Positions 1-12,715 of a stretch of DNA of 64,000 nt are shown one piece after another. Below the pieces are notes generated by a model that worked only from the letters and a program-made list of their open reading frames with translations, was not told where the DNA came from and ran no database searches. Each line of letters starts with the position of its first letter. Within the stretch, counting starts at the first letter, position 1. Location of the stretch: positions 13,082,001-13,146,000 of the forward strand of contig OZ024766.1 of NCBI GenBank assembly GCA_964016885.1. Reading direction: 5' to 3'. The stretch comes from Eledone cirrhosa. Its lineage: Eukaryota. A program made the translations under genes and the position numbers.

Positions 1-315
1 TACATATATATACATGTGTGTGCATCCTCGGCCAATTGGTAGATACGCGTCACGCATGCATACATACAGACAGACATATATTCATAAAAATGCATAGAAC
101 ACATGTACATGTATGTCAATATACACATATACATATATACTCACATATAGAGAGAAGTATAAATCAATATAGTACATAGTATAATTGAGTACATAAAATA
201 CAAAAGGATTGTTAATATCGTATGTTTATTCCAAATACTTGTTGAGTGCTTTATATCAGTTATAAACATATTTGCTTGTTGTATCCCAACAATTTAAATA
301 GAACTTTTGCATATT

Positions 316-380
316 TATTTTATTATATATATTTCAAGGGCGACCAAGTCAATCTTGGTGCTCTTTCATCAGATAAAATA
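316..380 (-). ncRNA. Type I hammerhead ribozyme (Penelope-type, palindromic stem III)
   Basis: Minus strand reads TATTTTAT-CTGATGA-AAGAGC ACCAAG attga CTTGGT c GCCCTT-GAAA-TATATA-TA-ATAAAATA. It has an intact core, an 8-bp stem I, a long stem II, a self-complementary stem III loop and a UA cleavage site. Confidence 0.8.
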
Positions 381-499
381 CAAAATTTGTTTTATAAATA
401 ACGACATACCCATGGAAATCAACCTTAACGGTCGGAAATTCACTGGATAGGGGAAACTTATTAGGGGTTATTCAAAGTTATGTGTGAATATGCAAATGA

Positions 500-1450
500 A
501 TGTATGAAAAATTGAAAAAACAACTGTTTATTTAAATTACGCTGGGGAAAGATAGGGAAGAAAGAGAAGAAAGAGAGAGAAAAAATTACTGTTATGAGAT
601 AGATAGAGAGATAGAGAGAAGAAAGACATTTATAGAGGATGAACTCATGTAACGTAAATAAGTATTAAGTTTATATTAATGTTACGTATATTTACTAATT
701 ATTGTTAGAATTCTAATATAATACAATATAATATTTACTATTATAAGTATATAGAAAAATAGATATATAGAAAAAATAAATATATATAAAGACATTGAAT
801 AATAAATTGAAAATAAATAGATATAAAGTAGAAAATAGGAGAATCAATAGATAGAAGAATAGATATATGAGTGGATAAATGGCTATATCATGTTATAGAT
901 AATTGTTTAAATAAGTTATGAGGGATACTGGTTTATATTTAGTGTAAGTAATTAAATTAACTGAGTTAATAAGATTATTTATATGTTTTTAATGTTTTAA
1001 ATTAGGAAGATACTGAAAAACCCAGCTTTGTTTATTTATTAGTTAGTATGAGACCATTTTGACGAAGATATAAATGTTGAAAGATATATATAGCCAGAAT
1101 TAGTTATTGGTTATAACTCTAATATTAAATAATTAAAAAAAATTAAAAATATTAAAATATTAAAAGTTCTGGAAAAAATTTCTGGAAAAATAAAAAAAAA
1201 ATGTTTTTTAATCTCAGAAGATACTCAAAAAACCCTTTTAACAAAATAAAATACTTAAAAAGTACTTAAACTATTTAAAATGTTTAAAAATATTAAAAAA
1301 ATATTTAAAAATATTAAAAAATTTTAAATAATCTTTAAAAAGTAATTTTTTTAAGAAATAAATAATAATTTTTTAAAATAAGTAATTTTTAAATATATGA
1401 GATAGTTTAGAAGTAAAATAAAAATGAGATATTTTAGAAGTAAACTAAAA
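500..1450. repeat. AT-rich low-complexity tract, possibly the pLTR/UTR of a decayed Penelope-like element
   Basis: Extreme A/T bias with A-runs. It lies directly 5' of the hammerhead on the minus strand and has no ORF. Confidence 0.35.
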
Positions 1451-2049
1451 AATGGTGTCAAGTCATGTCACCAATTTGATCACTTTGAAGGGTGCTTCGG
1501 GTCCCTTCAGTCTTGCCACTAGCACTAGCATGACTACTTTACAGAGTGGGCTAGGGGCCTTCTGTCATGTCTACCTCACAGGGTGGACTGGGTGCTTATT
1601 TGTCATGTCATCAGCATGACTACCTTGCAGGGAGGGTTAGGTGTTCTTTTGTCATGTTACCTAACAGAGAGGACTTGGTGCTCTTTTGTCATGACACCTG
1701 CATGACCACCTTACAGGGTTGCCTGAGGGTTTAGCCATTTCAGCAGCATTGGAGGAGAGCATGTTAAGCTTTCCTTACTTGTATACATGGGTTGGTCAAG
1801 AGAGGTGTATCAGATGTGAAAGTGGGGGTGGGGTTGTGTGTATGTAGAGTGGGGATTGGAGAGGTAGGTCAGGGTGGTGTACTTAGCTGGTAAGGGGGTG
1901 GAGTGTTAAGATGTGAAAGGGAGGAAAATTGGAGCATACTTCAAACCACTAAATGTTGTGTCAACCCGTGCACATGGGAATGCAGGTCTCCTGCAGTACT
2001 GTATAACGCCAGAGATTTCAATCCTGTGTCATCACCTTTGAGAGGTACA

Positions 2050-2620
2050 ATGGTGTCAGGTCAGTTTTTACCTCCACATCCCAAGCATTCCTAGGTCTTC
2101 CTCTTCCATCAATTTCAAGTGGTCAACCTTTTATACAGCATCTCTACCTTCATACACATCACATGTCCATACCACAGCAATCTCCTCTCCTGCATACTGT
2201 ATCTTTTCCCTCTCATGCCCAGGTTCTCTCTCAGTTTATTTACACTTTCCCCTTCATGTATATTAATATTACACATCCATCGGAGAATTCAAGCTTCATT
2301 TCTATCCAATCTTCTGGGGTCCTCACTGCAATGCAGCATTGCTGTTTATATGCACACATCAATTTGGTGAAACAACCTTTTGTAGCTAGCAGCAGTAGTA
2401 ACACCCTAAACCTCTGCCATCTTGTTCTTACTCTTGTTACTGTACTTTCAGAACACCTACCTCCACTGCTTATTTGATACCCCAGGTAACAGAAACTGTC
2501 AACTGCTTCTATGGAACCCTTTAAATATTTGATAGAGCTTGTCTCCTAAACGTGATTGCTGCTTACTTCTCCAGCGCAGTGAACCAATGTAAAACCTACG
2601 TTCTTAGCTAACTTACCATG
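2050..2620 (-). mobile_element. Decayed RTE LINE fragment (C-terminal part of ORF)
   Basis: Resembles 16680-17230 of the larger RTE copy (e.g. tactgtactttcagaacacc, catgtccataccac). Confidence 0.7.
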
Positions 2621-2719
2621 TATGTGTGACCATTGGTTTCTGAGTCCAGTTATGGCACCATTGTTTATTAGGCGAGGCACTTCCAAACAGACCCTTCATA
2701 AAGTATGCTGACAAATATA

Positions 2720-3095
2720 TTTTGCAATCTAGGTGAGTTAATTAGAAGTGGAGGGGGCTGCTCTGAAATATGTATAGCTAGAATAAGGATAGGATGGAAA
2801 AAGTTTAGAGAGCTACTGCAACAGTTGACCACAAAAGGTTTCTCTCTCTCTGTACAAAAGGACAACTGTATGACACATGTGGGTGATATGCAATGATGCA
2901 TGGTAACGAAATAAGGGCTGTGACTGCAGAGGTTATGTAGACTGGAGAGATATGAAACAACCATGCTTTGTAGGATATGTTGTGTAAGTGTGAGAGAAAA
3001 GGGAGAGCTTGGACAAGTTGAAGAAGAAGCTGGGTTTAAGAGTGAGCTGAAGTGGTGTGTAAGAGAGAAGACTGTGTTTGTACAGACATAAAATG
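2720..3095 (+). mobile_element. Decayed RTE LINE fragment
   Basis: LGELIRSGGGCSEICIARIRIGWKKFRELL matches RTE LGDEINSGGGCSESTVARVRTGWKKFR. Confidence 0.75.
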
Positions 3096-3189
3096 AAAGG
3101 AGAATTTCTTAGTAAAACAGGTTTATTCAAAATATTAACAACATTGATGGCACTATTTTAGGTGAGTGACATGGTTTTTATCTAATTGT

Positions 3190-4249
3190 GTTGCATTAAG
3201 TAATCTTTATAAGAGAAAGATGTACCACAGACATCACAGTGATATAGTTCCTCTCCTGTATATGTTAGTGTCTAATTAAACCACAACATTTAGAGAAGGA
3301 TTTATCACAGACATCACAGTGATATGGTTCCTCTCCTGTATGTATATGTTGGTGTCTAGTGAAACCACAACATTTAGAGAAGGATTTATCACAGACATCA
3401 CAGTGATATGGTTCCTCTCCTGTAGATGTTGGTGTCTAGTGAAGCCACAACATTTAGAGAATGATGTACCAAATATATCAAAGTGATATGGCTTCCCAGC
3501 TGTATGTATATGTGTGTGTGTAGTTAATGTAACATTCAAAGAGAAGGATTTCCCTAAGATGTTACAATGATATGTATTTGTATTCTCATTAATTCACAAA
3601 TTTGAGAGAAGGATTTATCACTGATGTCAATGCATTATGATTTCTCTTCTGCATGTATACATTTGTGAGTAGTTAGGCTACTTTTCCCAGAGAATGATAT
3701 ACCACAGATATCACAGTGATATGGCTTGTCTCCTGTATGTATACGTTTGTGAGTAGTTAAGGTACCACTTTGAGAGAATGATTTATCACAGATATCACAG
3801 TGATATGGCTTCTCTTCTCTAACCTTTGTCATCTCACCAGCAATACTAAACACTTTAGATTGTGTTTCACATTTAATCTTCTTTGTCAATTTATTTGGCA
3901 TAATGATTTCTTCTTCAACAGAATATACAGATGTTTTTCTTGTAATATTTTTTATATTATATTTCTTATAAAATATTCTTCTATATTTCCCTCAACTGTG
4001 ATTTCAGTTAATATCTGAAGATAATACAAACTTCTGTTTCATCCAAGTTTAGTTAAAATACAAAACCATCTTATAGTGAAGAAAATAAACTCAGTTTTGA
4101 GGAAATATTTCACAGTAATTGAACTATAGATTTATATAAACAGTGTTATATAAGTTCTGTTTAGAAGGTTTTAGTCTTCAAATGATGATAAATAGAGATG
4201 ATGTATCCAAGATTGGAAATAATAATTTATCCCAATGTCATCTGATATT
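3190..4249 (-). pseudogene. C2H2 zinc-finger gene exon, truncated and degenerate
   Basis: ORF 3635-3901 has two fingers ([42 protein letters not shown]) then a stop; broken finger repeats continue to about 3190. A polypyrimidine-AG acceptor (tttctttcttatttcag) ends at 4250. Confidence 0.75.
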
Positions 4250-4929
4250 CTGAAATAAGAAAGAAACAGTATGAGATAATAGAGAATACTTTAGAAGCAG
4301 AGATAGATTTAACAGTGGAAATGTTATATTTCTATATTGGTAAACTGTAGATATCAACATTCTGTCCAGAGAAATTCTCTCCAATGTAAGCAGTGGTATT
4401 CCAGCATGCTCTATAAATTATATCCTTCTATCACTTCAGAGGTCTGCTCTATGGCAGTTTAGCAAAAATTGCATTCTTATAGGACTTATAAGAAAGTAAC
4501 AGTATGAGATAATAGAGAATACTTAAAATGCAGGGATAGATTTAACAGTGGAAATTTTACATTTTCACCATATTTCCTAGCATCGAAGACATTACTTTTT
4601 CCCTAATATAAGTCCAAAATATCTACCATATGTCCTGGAGGCCGAAGGTTGATTATTATTTTTTTTCAAAAATTGGTCGTCATTGGCGCCAGTAAGTACG
4701 GTACATTGGTAAACTGTAGAAATATACCTGCGTCAGATTTACTTATTCATATAAACTATAGCCCCTAGTACAGGGCCCCAAAACTGTGGTAACCTCGTGA
4801 GATGAGTTTGGAGCAGCTGACTGGCTACCCCCTCCTCACAATGGTGCCACCCAGTACCAGGCCCCCCAAAATTATAGTTCCACTGTGAGATGAGTTCACT
4901 GCAGCCAACTGGCCTGTCCCTCCTCATAA

Positions 4930-5275
4930 CAGAGCCATCCAGTTCCACACTGTAAACATGGTTGATGTTAGGAAGGGAATCCAGCTGTAAAATACCCCAC
5001 CAAATTTACAGACCTCACCTGAGCAAGGTGCGACACATGGCCAACCCTGGCCAGACTTGCCTCCTGGCATGGATGACCCGTCTAACCCATGCAAGAATGG
5101 AAAAATGGACGCTAAATGGTGATGATATATACATACACATATATATATATCTCACCCACACTGGACGTGTAGAAGACAGCAAAAAAGCATCCAGCCCACA
5201 CTTGCCTCTAAATGGGACCCGTCTAACACATGCTAGTGTGGAAGATGGACGTTAATTGAAGATGATGATGATGAT
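4930..5275 (+). mobile_element. Two RTE-type 3' tails
   Basis: catccagc...gacccgtctaacccatgc...ggacgttaa..(gat)n, the same tail as at 58500-58580 and (reverse complement) 16156-16215. Confidence 0.6.
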
Positions 5276-5477
5276 ATATAATTAAATGTTGTAGTTTGTT
5301 TGAAGCATTCTATATAAAATATAACGTTGAAAGAGATAGAAGGCTAAACAATGCAAAATGGACAATAAGATGAGGTAAGGAAAAGTAAAAGTTACCTGGT
5401 AATCTTTGTTTTGTTTTTTTGTTGTTGTTCTTTTATCTGTCCAATATTTCGGGACCTAAAAGTCCTTTCTTCAGGGT

Positions 5478-5954
5478 TTAAGCCTTTAACATTTACATTA
5501 TTCTATATATACTATTATATTTCCATGGTAATGTCTTTATCTCACATAACATTTACATTACTCTATATATACTATTATATTTCCATGGTAAAGTCTTTAC
5601 CTCACATAATATCGAATCTGATATTATTTATATTGAGAACAATACTTTAACATCAGTATGAGTGGCCAGTTACGAGTGGTTTAAAAAGAAAAAGAGGACA
5701 GAACTCTGGCCAGTTATTGCCGGTTTAAATGTTAAAGGGTTAACCCTTTAGCATTCACATTATTTTATATATACTATTATATTTTCATGGTAAAGGCTTT
5801 ATCTCACATAATATTGAATCTATCAGATTTTGAAAGTATTTATTTTGAGAACAATACCTTAACATCAGTCTGAGCGACCAGTTACAACCAGTTTCAACAG
5901 AAAGAGGTAGAGAATTCTGGCCAGTTTGGGCTGGTTTGTACACTAAAGGGTTAA
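5478..5954 (+). mobile_element. Two tandem TTAA-flanked MITEs (piggyBac-like CCCTTTAGCATT TIR) sharing one TTAA
   Basis: TTAA at 5478, 5740 and 5951, with TIRs ccctttagcatt / aatgttaaaggg. The first copy has an internal 60-bp unit duplicated. Confidence 0.75.
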
Positions 5955-6051
5955 GCAACTTTCAGTGGATAATGTTCCAATTTCCTCTCTTTGGGATTAA
6001 ATTTGGATTTTGATTAACATTTTTTCTAAGTTGTTTTCAAGCATTTTATAA

Positions 6052-7032
6052 AATTGATGGAAGCTATGAAGTAGGAAGACCTGGGATGAGGTGATAATAG
6101 CTGACCTGACACAATTGATGGAAGCTATAGAGTAGGAAGACCTGGGATGAGGTGATAAAAGGTGACCTGACACAATTTATGGAAGCTATGAAGTATGAAG
6201 ACCTGGGATGAGGTGATAACAGCTGACCTCACACAATTGATGGAAGCTATGAAGTAGGAAGACCTGGGATGAGGTGATAACAGCTGACCTGACACGATTG
6301 ATGGAAGCTATAGAGTAGGAAGACCTGGGATGAGGTGATAACAGCTGACCTCACACAATTGATGGAAGCTATAGAGAAGGAAGACCTGGGATGAGGTGAT
6401 AACAGCTGACCTGACACAATTGATGGAAGCTATGAAGTAGGAAGACCTGGGATGAGGTGATAAAAGCTGACCTGACACAATTGATGGAAGCTATGAAGTA
6501 GGAAGACCTGGGATGAGGTGATAAAAGCTGACCTGACACAATTGATGGAAGCTATGAAGTAGGAAGACCTGGGATGAGGTGATAATAGCTGACCTGACAC
6601 AATTGATGGAAGCTATGAAGTAGGAAGACCTAGGATGAGGTGATAATAGCTGACCTGACACAATTGATGGAAGCTATGGAGTAGGAAGACCTGGGATGAG
6701 GTGATAAAAGCTGACCTCACACAATTGATGGAAGATATGAAGTAGGAAGACCTGGGATGAGGTGATAATAGCTGACCTGACACAATTGATGGAAGCTATG
6801 GAGTAGGAAGACCTGGGATGAGGTGATAAAAGCTGACCTGACACAATTGATGGAAGCTATGGAGTAGGAAGACCTGGGATGAGGTGATAAAAGCTGACCT
6901 GACACAATTGATGGAAGCTATGGAGTAGGAAGACCTGGGATGAGGTGATAAAAGCTGACCTGACACAATTGATGGAAGATATGAAGTAGGAAGACCTGGG
7001 ATGAGGTGATAACAGCTGACCTCACACAATTG
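6052..7032 (+). repeat. 61-bp tandem array (about 16 copies) derived from the RTE ORF 3' end
   Basis: Unit aattgatggaagctat(g/a)(a/g)agtaggaagacctgggatgaggtgataanagctgacctgacac resembles IDGSYGVGRP..WDEVI.ADLT. It runs directly into unamplified RTE sequence at 7030-7110. Confidence 0.9.
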
Positions 7033-7169
7033 CACTTCTCTAAGACAATGACACAGGATCGAGATCTTTGGTGTTATACAGTAATATAGAAGACCAGCCA
7101 TCCCTAGCATTGGTATCAATGACTCCCACATGGACATCAATACACATCTATATATACACACCTAACATA

Positions 7170-7335
7170 TCGAAGACCTCTGTCGGTCAAGAATGACCAT
7201 GTGATTTGCAACTAGAAAGTTCCCTTCTGAGACACAAGTCCAGCAGTCACCCAAGTATACCAGTCTACCCTCTCCACGCCACCGATGTTGTCCAAGGGAA
7301 AGGTAATGGCTGATACAGCTTGGTACCAGTTACAT
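7170..7335 (-). mobile_element. SINE 3' portion
   Basis: gtccaagggaaaggtaatggctgatacagcttggtaccagt is shared with the SINE at 10670-10856 and is partly duplicated at 7448-7502. Confidence 0.5.
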
Positions 7336-7912
7336 CACTACATATATATATACTATATATATATCATATATACACTGTCTACAGTATATATACACAATAT
7401 ATATAGTATATATACGATGTGTACAATATATATTATACGCTATATATGTTGTCCAAGGGAAAGGCAATGGCTGATACAGCTTGGCACAAGTGACATCACA
7501 ACATATATATATATAACTTATATCCCAGACTTCCATAGATTATTTCTATTCTACAGCTATCTCTCTTCCCCAATTTCAAAATGTTCTGTTTACATTATTA
7601 TTATTATTATCATTCACTTGTTTCCACAATGTATATACTTCGACCTTGTTTTTGATATAAACTATGTTGGACATTGTGTCTTTCTCTACAAACTCATCCC
7701 TAACCCCTGCAATTACCTCTCCTTTCTCTCAAAGCTAGGTGACAATCTTCGAAATTCTTGCATACTTGCCTTGTCTAATATGCCTACTTATATCTGCTTA
7801 TTTCCCCCGAATCTCCTGTGATGATATATGTCATGATGGCTACCTATCTCACAATTTCCCACTCACCACCATTGGCTATTTGACCAATCAAACCACAGCA
7901 ACATGTCCTTAC

Positions 7913-8903
7913 CCATTACCAGCCCCAACAAACTCTGCCATTACTACTACTGTCCTTCTAGCCGTTACCAGCCCCAACAAACTCTGCCATTACTACTACT
8001 GTCCTTCTAGCCGTTACCAGCCCCAACAAACTCTGCCATTACTACTACTGTCCTTCTAGCCGTTACCAGCCCCCAACAAACTCTGTCATTACTACTACTG
8101 TGCTTCTAGCCGTTACCAGCCCCCAACAAACTCTGTCATTACTACTACTGTCCTTCTAGCCCTTACCAGCCCCAACAAACTCTGTCATTACTACTACTGT
8201 CCTTCTAGCCGTTACCAGCCCCCAACAAACTCTGTCATTACTACTACTGTCCTTCTAGCCGTTTCCAGCCCCAACAAACTCTGCCATTACTACTACTGTC
8301 CTTCTAGCCGTTACCAGCCCCCAACAAACTCTGCCATTACTACTACTGTCCTTCTAGCCGTTACCAGCCCCCAACAAACTCTGTCATTACTACTACTGTC
8401 CTTCTAGCCGTTTCCAGCCCCAACAAACTCTGCCATTACTACTACTGTCCTTCTAGCCGTTACCAGCCCCCAACAAACTCTGCCATTACTACTACTGTCC
8501 TTCTAGCCGTTACCAGCCCCCAACAAACTCTGTCATTACTACTACTGTCCTTCTAGCCGTTACCAGCCCCAACAAACTCTGCCATTACTACTACTGTCCT
8601 TCTAGCCCTTACCAGCCCCAACAAACTCTGCCATTACTACTACTGTCCTTCTAGCCCTTACCAGCCCCAACAAACACTGTCATTACTACTACTGTCCTTC
8701 TAGCCCTTACCAGCCCCAACAAACTCTGCCATTACTACTACTGTCCTTCTAGCCCTTACCAGCCCCAACAAACACTGCCATTACTACTACTGTCCTTCTA
8801 GCCCTTACCAGCCCCAACAAACACTGTCATTACTACTACTGTCCTTCTAGCCCTTACCAGCCCCAACAAACTCTGCCATTACTACTACTGTCCTTCTAGC
8901 CCT
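7913..8903 (+). repeat. 49/50-bp tandem array (about 20 copies)
   Basis: Unit ccattactactactgtccttctagccgttaccagccccaacaaactctg. Confidence 0.95.
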
Positions 8904-9039
8904 GCACCAAAGTATACTTGATTACTGTTATGTATGGAGAAGCGAAGGATAAATGTAACAACCCCGAATAAATAAATGAATATGAATCTGCGAGTTACCA
9001 AGCACCCATGCAAAGCTTTAATTCAGAGACAGGAAGCAT

Positions 9040-10625
9040 ACACACTCCCCTGCAAAAATTCACCTTTTCCCACAAATGATGGCAAATGTTCAAAACTCTG
9101 AGTCGGCAGCATCAACATAAGCACAATGAAAGGATGGGAAGGAGAAATTATAGACATGCTAGAGTGAAAGGATATTGACGTATGCTGTGTGCAAGAGACT
9201 AGGTGGAGAGCAGAGTTCGCTAGAGTCCTTGTAGGCAAAAGTTAGTGCTATAAATTTTTCTGGGTGGGAAATGACAATGGGATGGGTGGTGTAGGTATAC
9301 TATTAGCTGACAAATGGGTAGATAAAGTAATAACCACACATATTGTTAACCAGGTAATACTAGAGGGTGTCATACCAAAGGATTGGTGCAGCAGCATCAT
9401 CGTCAACTGCTACAAGGGTAAAGTAGATGCACTAGATAGAATAAACTATAGAGATATAAAGCTGATGGACCAGGTCATGAAAGTAATCGAAAGAGTCATA
9501 GCACATTTGATCAGGGAGTGGGTAAAACTAGGTGAGATGCAGTTTGGGCTTGTGCCAGGAAAAAGCACCACTGATGCTCTCTTCCTTGTGAGGCAGTTAC
9601 AGGTAAAGTACCTAGCTAAAAGCAAGCCGCTCTACCTGGCTCTTGTCGATATGGAAAAATTCTTCAACAGAGTGCTCCGTGCTATAATCTGGTGGGCTCT
9701 TAGAAAACTAAGAGTAGATTAGTGGCTTGTGAAAGCTGTACAAGCCATGTATAGGGGAGCAGTCAGCAAAGTTAGAGTTAACAATGACTATAGCGAGGAA
9801 TCTAGCATACAGGTCGGTGTCCACCAGGGCTCTGTTCTTAACCTTCTTCTGTTTATAATAGTATTGCAGGCTATAACAGAGGAGTTTAAGACCTGATGCC
9901 CATAGGAACTCCTATATGCGGATGATCTTACACTTATAGCTGAATCTATGGCAGAACTAAAGAAACAAGCACCACCAAACTCTGGGAGAGATCTGTAGAA
10001 ACAGTAGACAGCTTTTGCTACCTAGGTAGCGAAAGGAGCAGCGGAGGTGGGTGTTCTGAAAGTACAGTAACAGGATTGAAGAAGTTTAGGGAGCTACTGC
10101 CACTGCTAGCTGCAAAAGGCTTTTCCCTCAAAATGAAAGGCAGACAGTATGATACGTGCATACGAACAGCAATGCTACATGGTAGTGAGACCTGGGCACT
10201 GTCTGTAGAAGACTTGCGTAGATTAGAAAGAAACGAAGCTTGCATGCTCCGATGGACGTGTAATAGTAATATACGCGAACGGTAAAGCATTAACAAATTG
10301 AGAGAGAGACTGAACATAAGAGGAATCAAATGCTGTGTGCAGCAGAGGAGGTTGTGTTGTAGCCCCTGGGTACAAGCTGAAGCACATAGACAATATGCCC
10401 CACCCCCTCCCACTGTAAAGTGGCCGTGGAGGTGTCACAACAAAAAAACACCCATCACTCACTGTGAGGTTGATGTTAGGAAGGGCATCCAGCTGTGGAA
10501 ATCAAGCCGAAATCGGTTCCCATCTGAGCAAGACAAGGTCACCCTATCTGGCACTGCCCACAACAGGACAACCTGTCTAACCCATACTACCATGGAAGAA
10601 GGGACGTAAAACAGTGATGATGATA
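9040..10625 (+). mobile_element. Internally deleted RTE LINE
   Basis: The endonuclease N-terminus (GNDNGMGGVGILLADKWVDKVI) is fused directly to RT (IPKDWCSSIIVNCYKG, MQFGLVPGKSTTDA, YADD). It has stops, a second deletion removing the Cys-rich insert, and a (gat)n tail. Confidence 0.85.
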
Positions 10626-10669
10626 TAGATATATATACACTGTGTACAGTATATATACACTATATATAT

Positions 10670-10856
10670 GTCCAAGAGAAAGGTTATGACTGATATAGCT
10701 TGGCACCAGTGACATCACAACTCATTTCTACAGCTGAGTAAACTGGAGTAACGTGAAATAAAGTGTCTTGCTCAAGGACACAACACAACACCCTGTCCGA
10801 GAATCGAACTCACAACCTTTAGATTGCAAGCCCAATGCTTTAACCACTAAGCCATG
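10670..10856 (-). mobile_element. tRNA-derived SINE
   Basis: Minus strand has an A-box (tggcttagtggtt), a B-box (gagttcgattctc), then the tgtccttgagcaagacactt central domain. Confidence 0.75.
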
Positions 10857-10859
10857 ATA

Positions 10860-11220
10860 CGTTCCAGAAACAACCATGTTACAGAGAGACCAATCTATGA
10901 ATTGTTTGTAGTAGATTAGAGCAAAACACAATCAGTAAAACAATAATGGAATGAAAATATAAAAATTTGTTCATAATTAAAGCCTTAAGATGTCCCTTCC
11001 TTACGATATACACTTTAATAACATCGAAACTTATTTAATAAGTTTAAATTTTAAACACTTTTTACTCAGACGTACCGCGATAAGAAAATAGATATGTTCT
11101 AACGAATAATCCACGATGTGGCGAGGATTACCGCGATAGGAAATTAGATACGTTCCAAAGAAATATCCGCGATGTAACGGGACCGCGAAAAGTGAACCGC
11201 AATATAGCGGGGGATTACTG
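10860..11220. mobile_element. Tigger/pogo-like (Tc1-mariner) MITE end
   Basis: Ends ...ccgcgaaaagtgaaccgcaatatagcgggggattactg|TA (reverse complement CAGTAATCCCCCGCTATA). Internal ccgcgat repeats are present; the other TIR was not found. Confidence 0.5.
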
Positions 11221-12715
11221 TATATATACACACACAATATACATCTATCTATATACACTCATAACATTTATTTCGATGTTTGACATTAAAATGTTGACTG
11301 AAGGTGCGACAACTGTTTCTTGTGTGAGGTTGTTCCAGTGGTTGAAATATAGACGGAGGTGTAACGGAATATTATGTGTGGTTGTAACGACAAGTGGATG
11401 GATGGATGTAACTGTTGGTATGGTGGTTTCGGTGGAAAGAAAAATACCAGGAGTGTTGTTACAAAGTTTATTTTATTACAACAATATTCAATTTGAATAT
11501 TGAATGATAAAATAATTGACACAAAATATTCATACAATAATTTGGTGGCTCTTCGAGCCACGTAAATTCAAATATCACAGAATACGATTATAATACGTGT
11601 AAACAGAAATGAATGATACGTGTACAAATGCTGGACTCACTATGAAAGCGTGTGTGCGGCGTATCAGTATATTTACTTATTTGTATTGCAGGAGTCAGCG
11701 ATCAGCCAGGAAGGTGAGAATAAGTGGTAGACTGGTTTTTGGTGACGAGAGCTTGTAAAACGTCTTGTCTTGTCTGTATCCCACTTCTTTTCTGTTTTTG
11801 GCGTAAACAATCCCTGTCTTCATAAGAGTTGAATTTAGAAGGATAGATATATCCTCTAAACTTTGGTTAGTCTCCCAAGGGATTAGTTTGCCAAGCGTAA
11901 ACAAGTCATAAAGATGGATATATCCTCTGACCTATTTTCTGTCAGGCGTAAACACCTCTGACCTGCGTTTAGCCTCTCCCAAGGGGTTAGTCTCTTGGGC
12001 GTAAACAAGTTACCACGGCTTGTCCCAGAGGCGGGAAAGCTCAGATTCGGTTTCGAATCTTCGCCGCCGTTATAGTACCTCCCTTCCAGTGAGAAAGCTA
12101 AGATTGAACGATCTAGGTGCATGTGAAATGAAGATAGGTATGACTAGGTGTGTTGTTGAAGAAAATCAGTAAAAATAAAAAAACACATGAAAGTCATTTA
12201 CAAACAGGAGACATGAAAGAAAACATGCAAACCAAAAGGAATTTACATGCAGGAAAATGTACTGAGATGTTACATAATATTGAAAATGTTCGTACGAAAA
12301 GTTTGTTGATTAAAAGTTCGTTCATTTCATAGAAACGGGAAAATGTTCTTTTGTCTGTTCTTTTGATGTGGGTGATGCACAGAGTTAATTGATTTGTGTG
12401 TAGCAGTAGTTCATGACCACAGAAATTGGCCGATTCGTTGAAATGTACAAATTAGCCGAAATGTCGACCAGATGCATAATTTGTACTTACCCGATAAACT
12501 TGTACGTATCCCATGGCGTGGGCCATCGGACTGTTCTTCCGGATTTGGTGTGTCGGGGTTGTGCAGAATTTGCCGTGTTTGTGTCGGGCAAAATTGTTGG
12601 TGAGTCTGCTGGAGAAACGGTGGGTACTGGTGGCAATTCCTGTTCTATGAACGCTTTTTTTAAACGATCAATGGAGACGGTATTTCGCTTCCCGTTCAAG
12701 TTGAGGACGAAATAC

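Noticed and set aside
4566-4703. Possible TACCGTA-type MITE within a duplicated intron segment (4256-4330 / 4488-4562)
   Set aside because: The TIR match is too degenerate to support a call.
5441-5477. Minus-strand CTGAAGA-aaGGAC..GTCCc-GAAA hammerhead-like core
   Set aside because: No pairing stem I (cut by the MITE at 5478) and no clear UH site; at best a dead remnant.
10790-10856. tRNA-like sequence with A and B boxes (also about 23975-24035)
   Set aside because: It is a SINE head continuing into SINE body; no acceptor stem or CCA.
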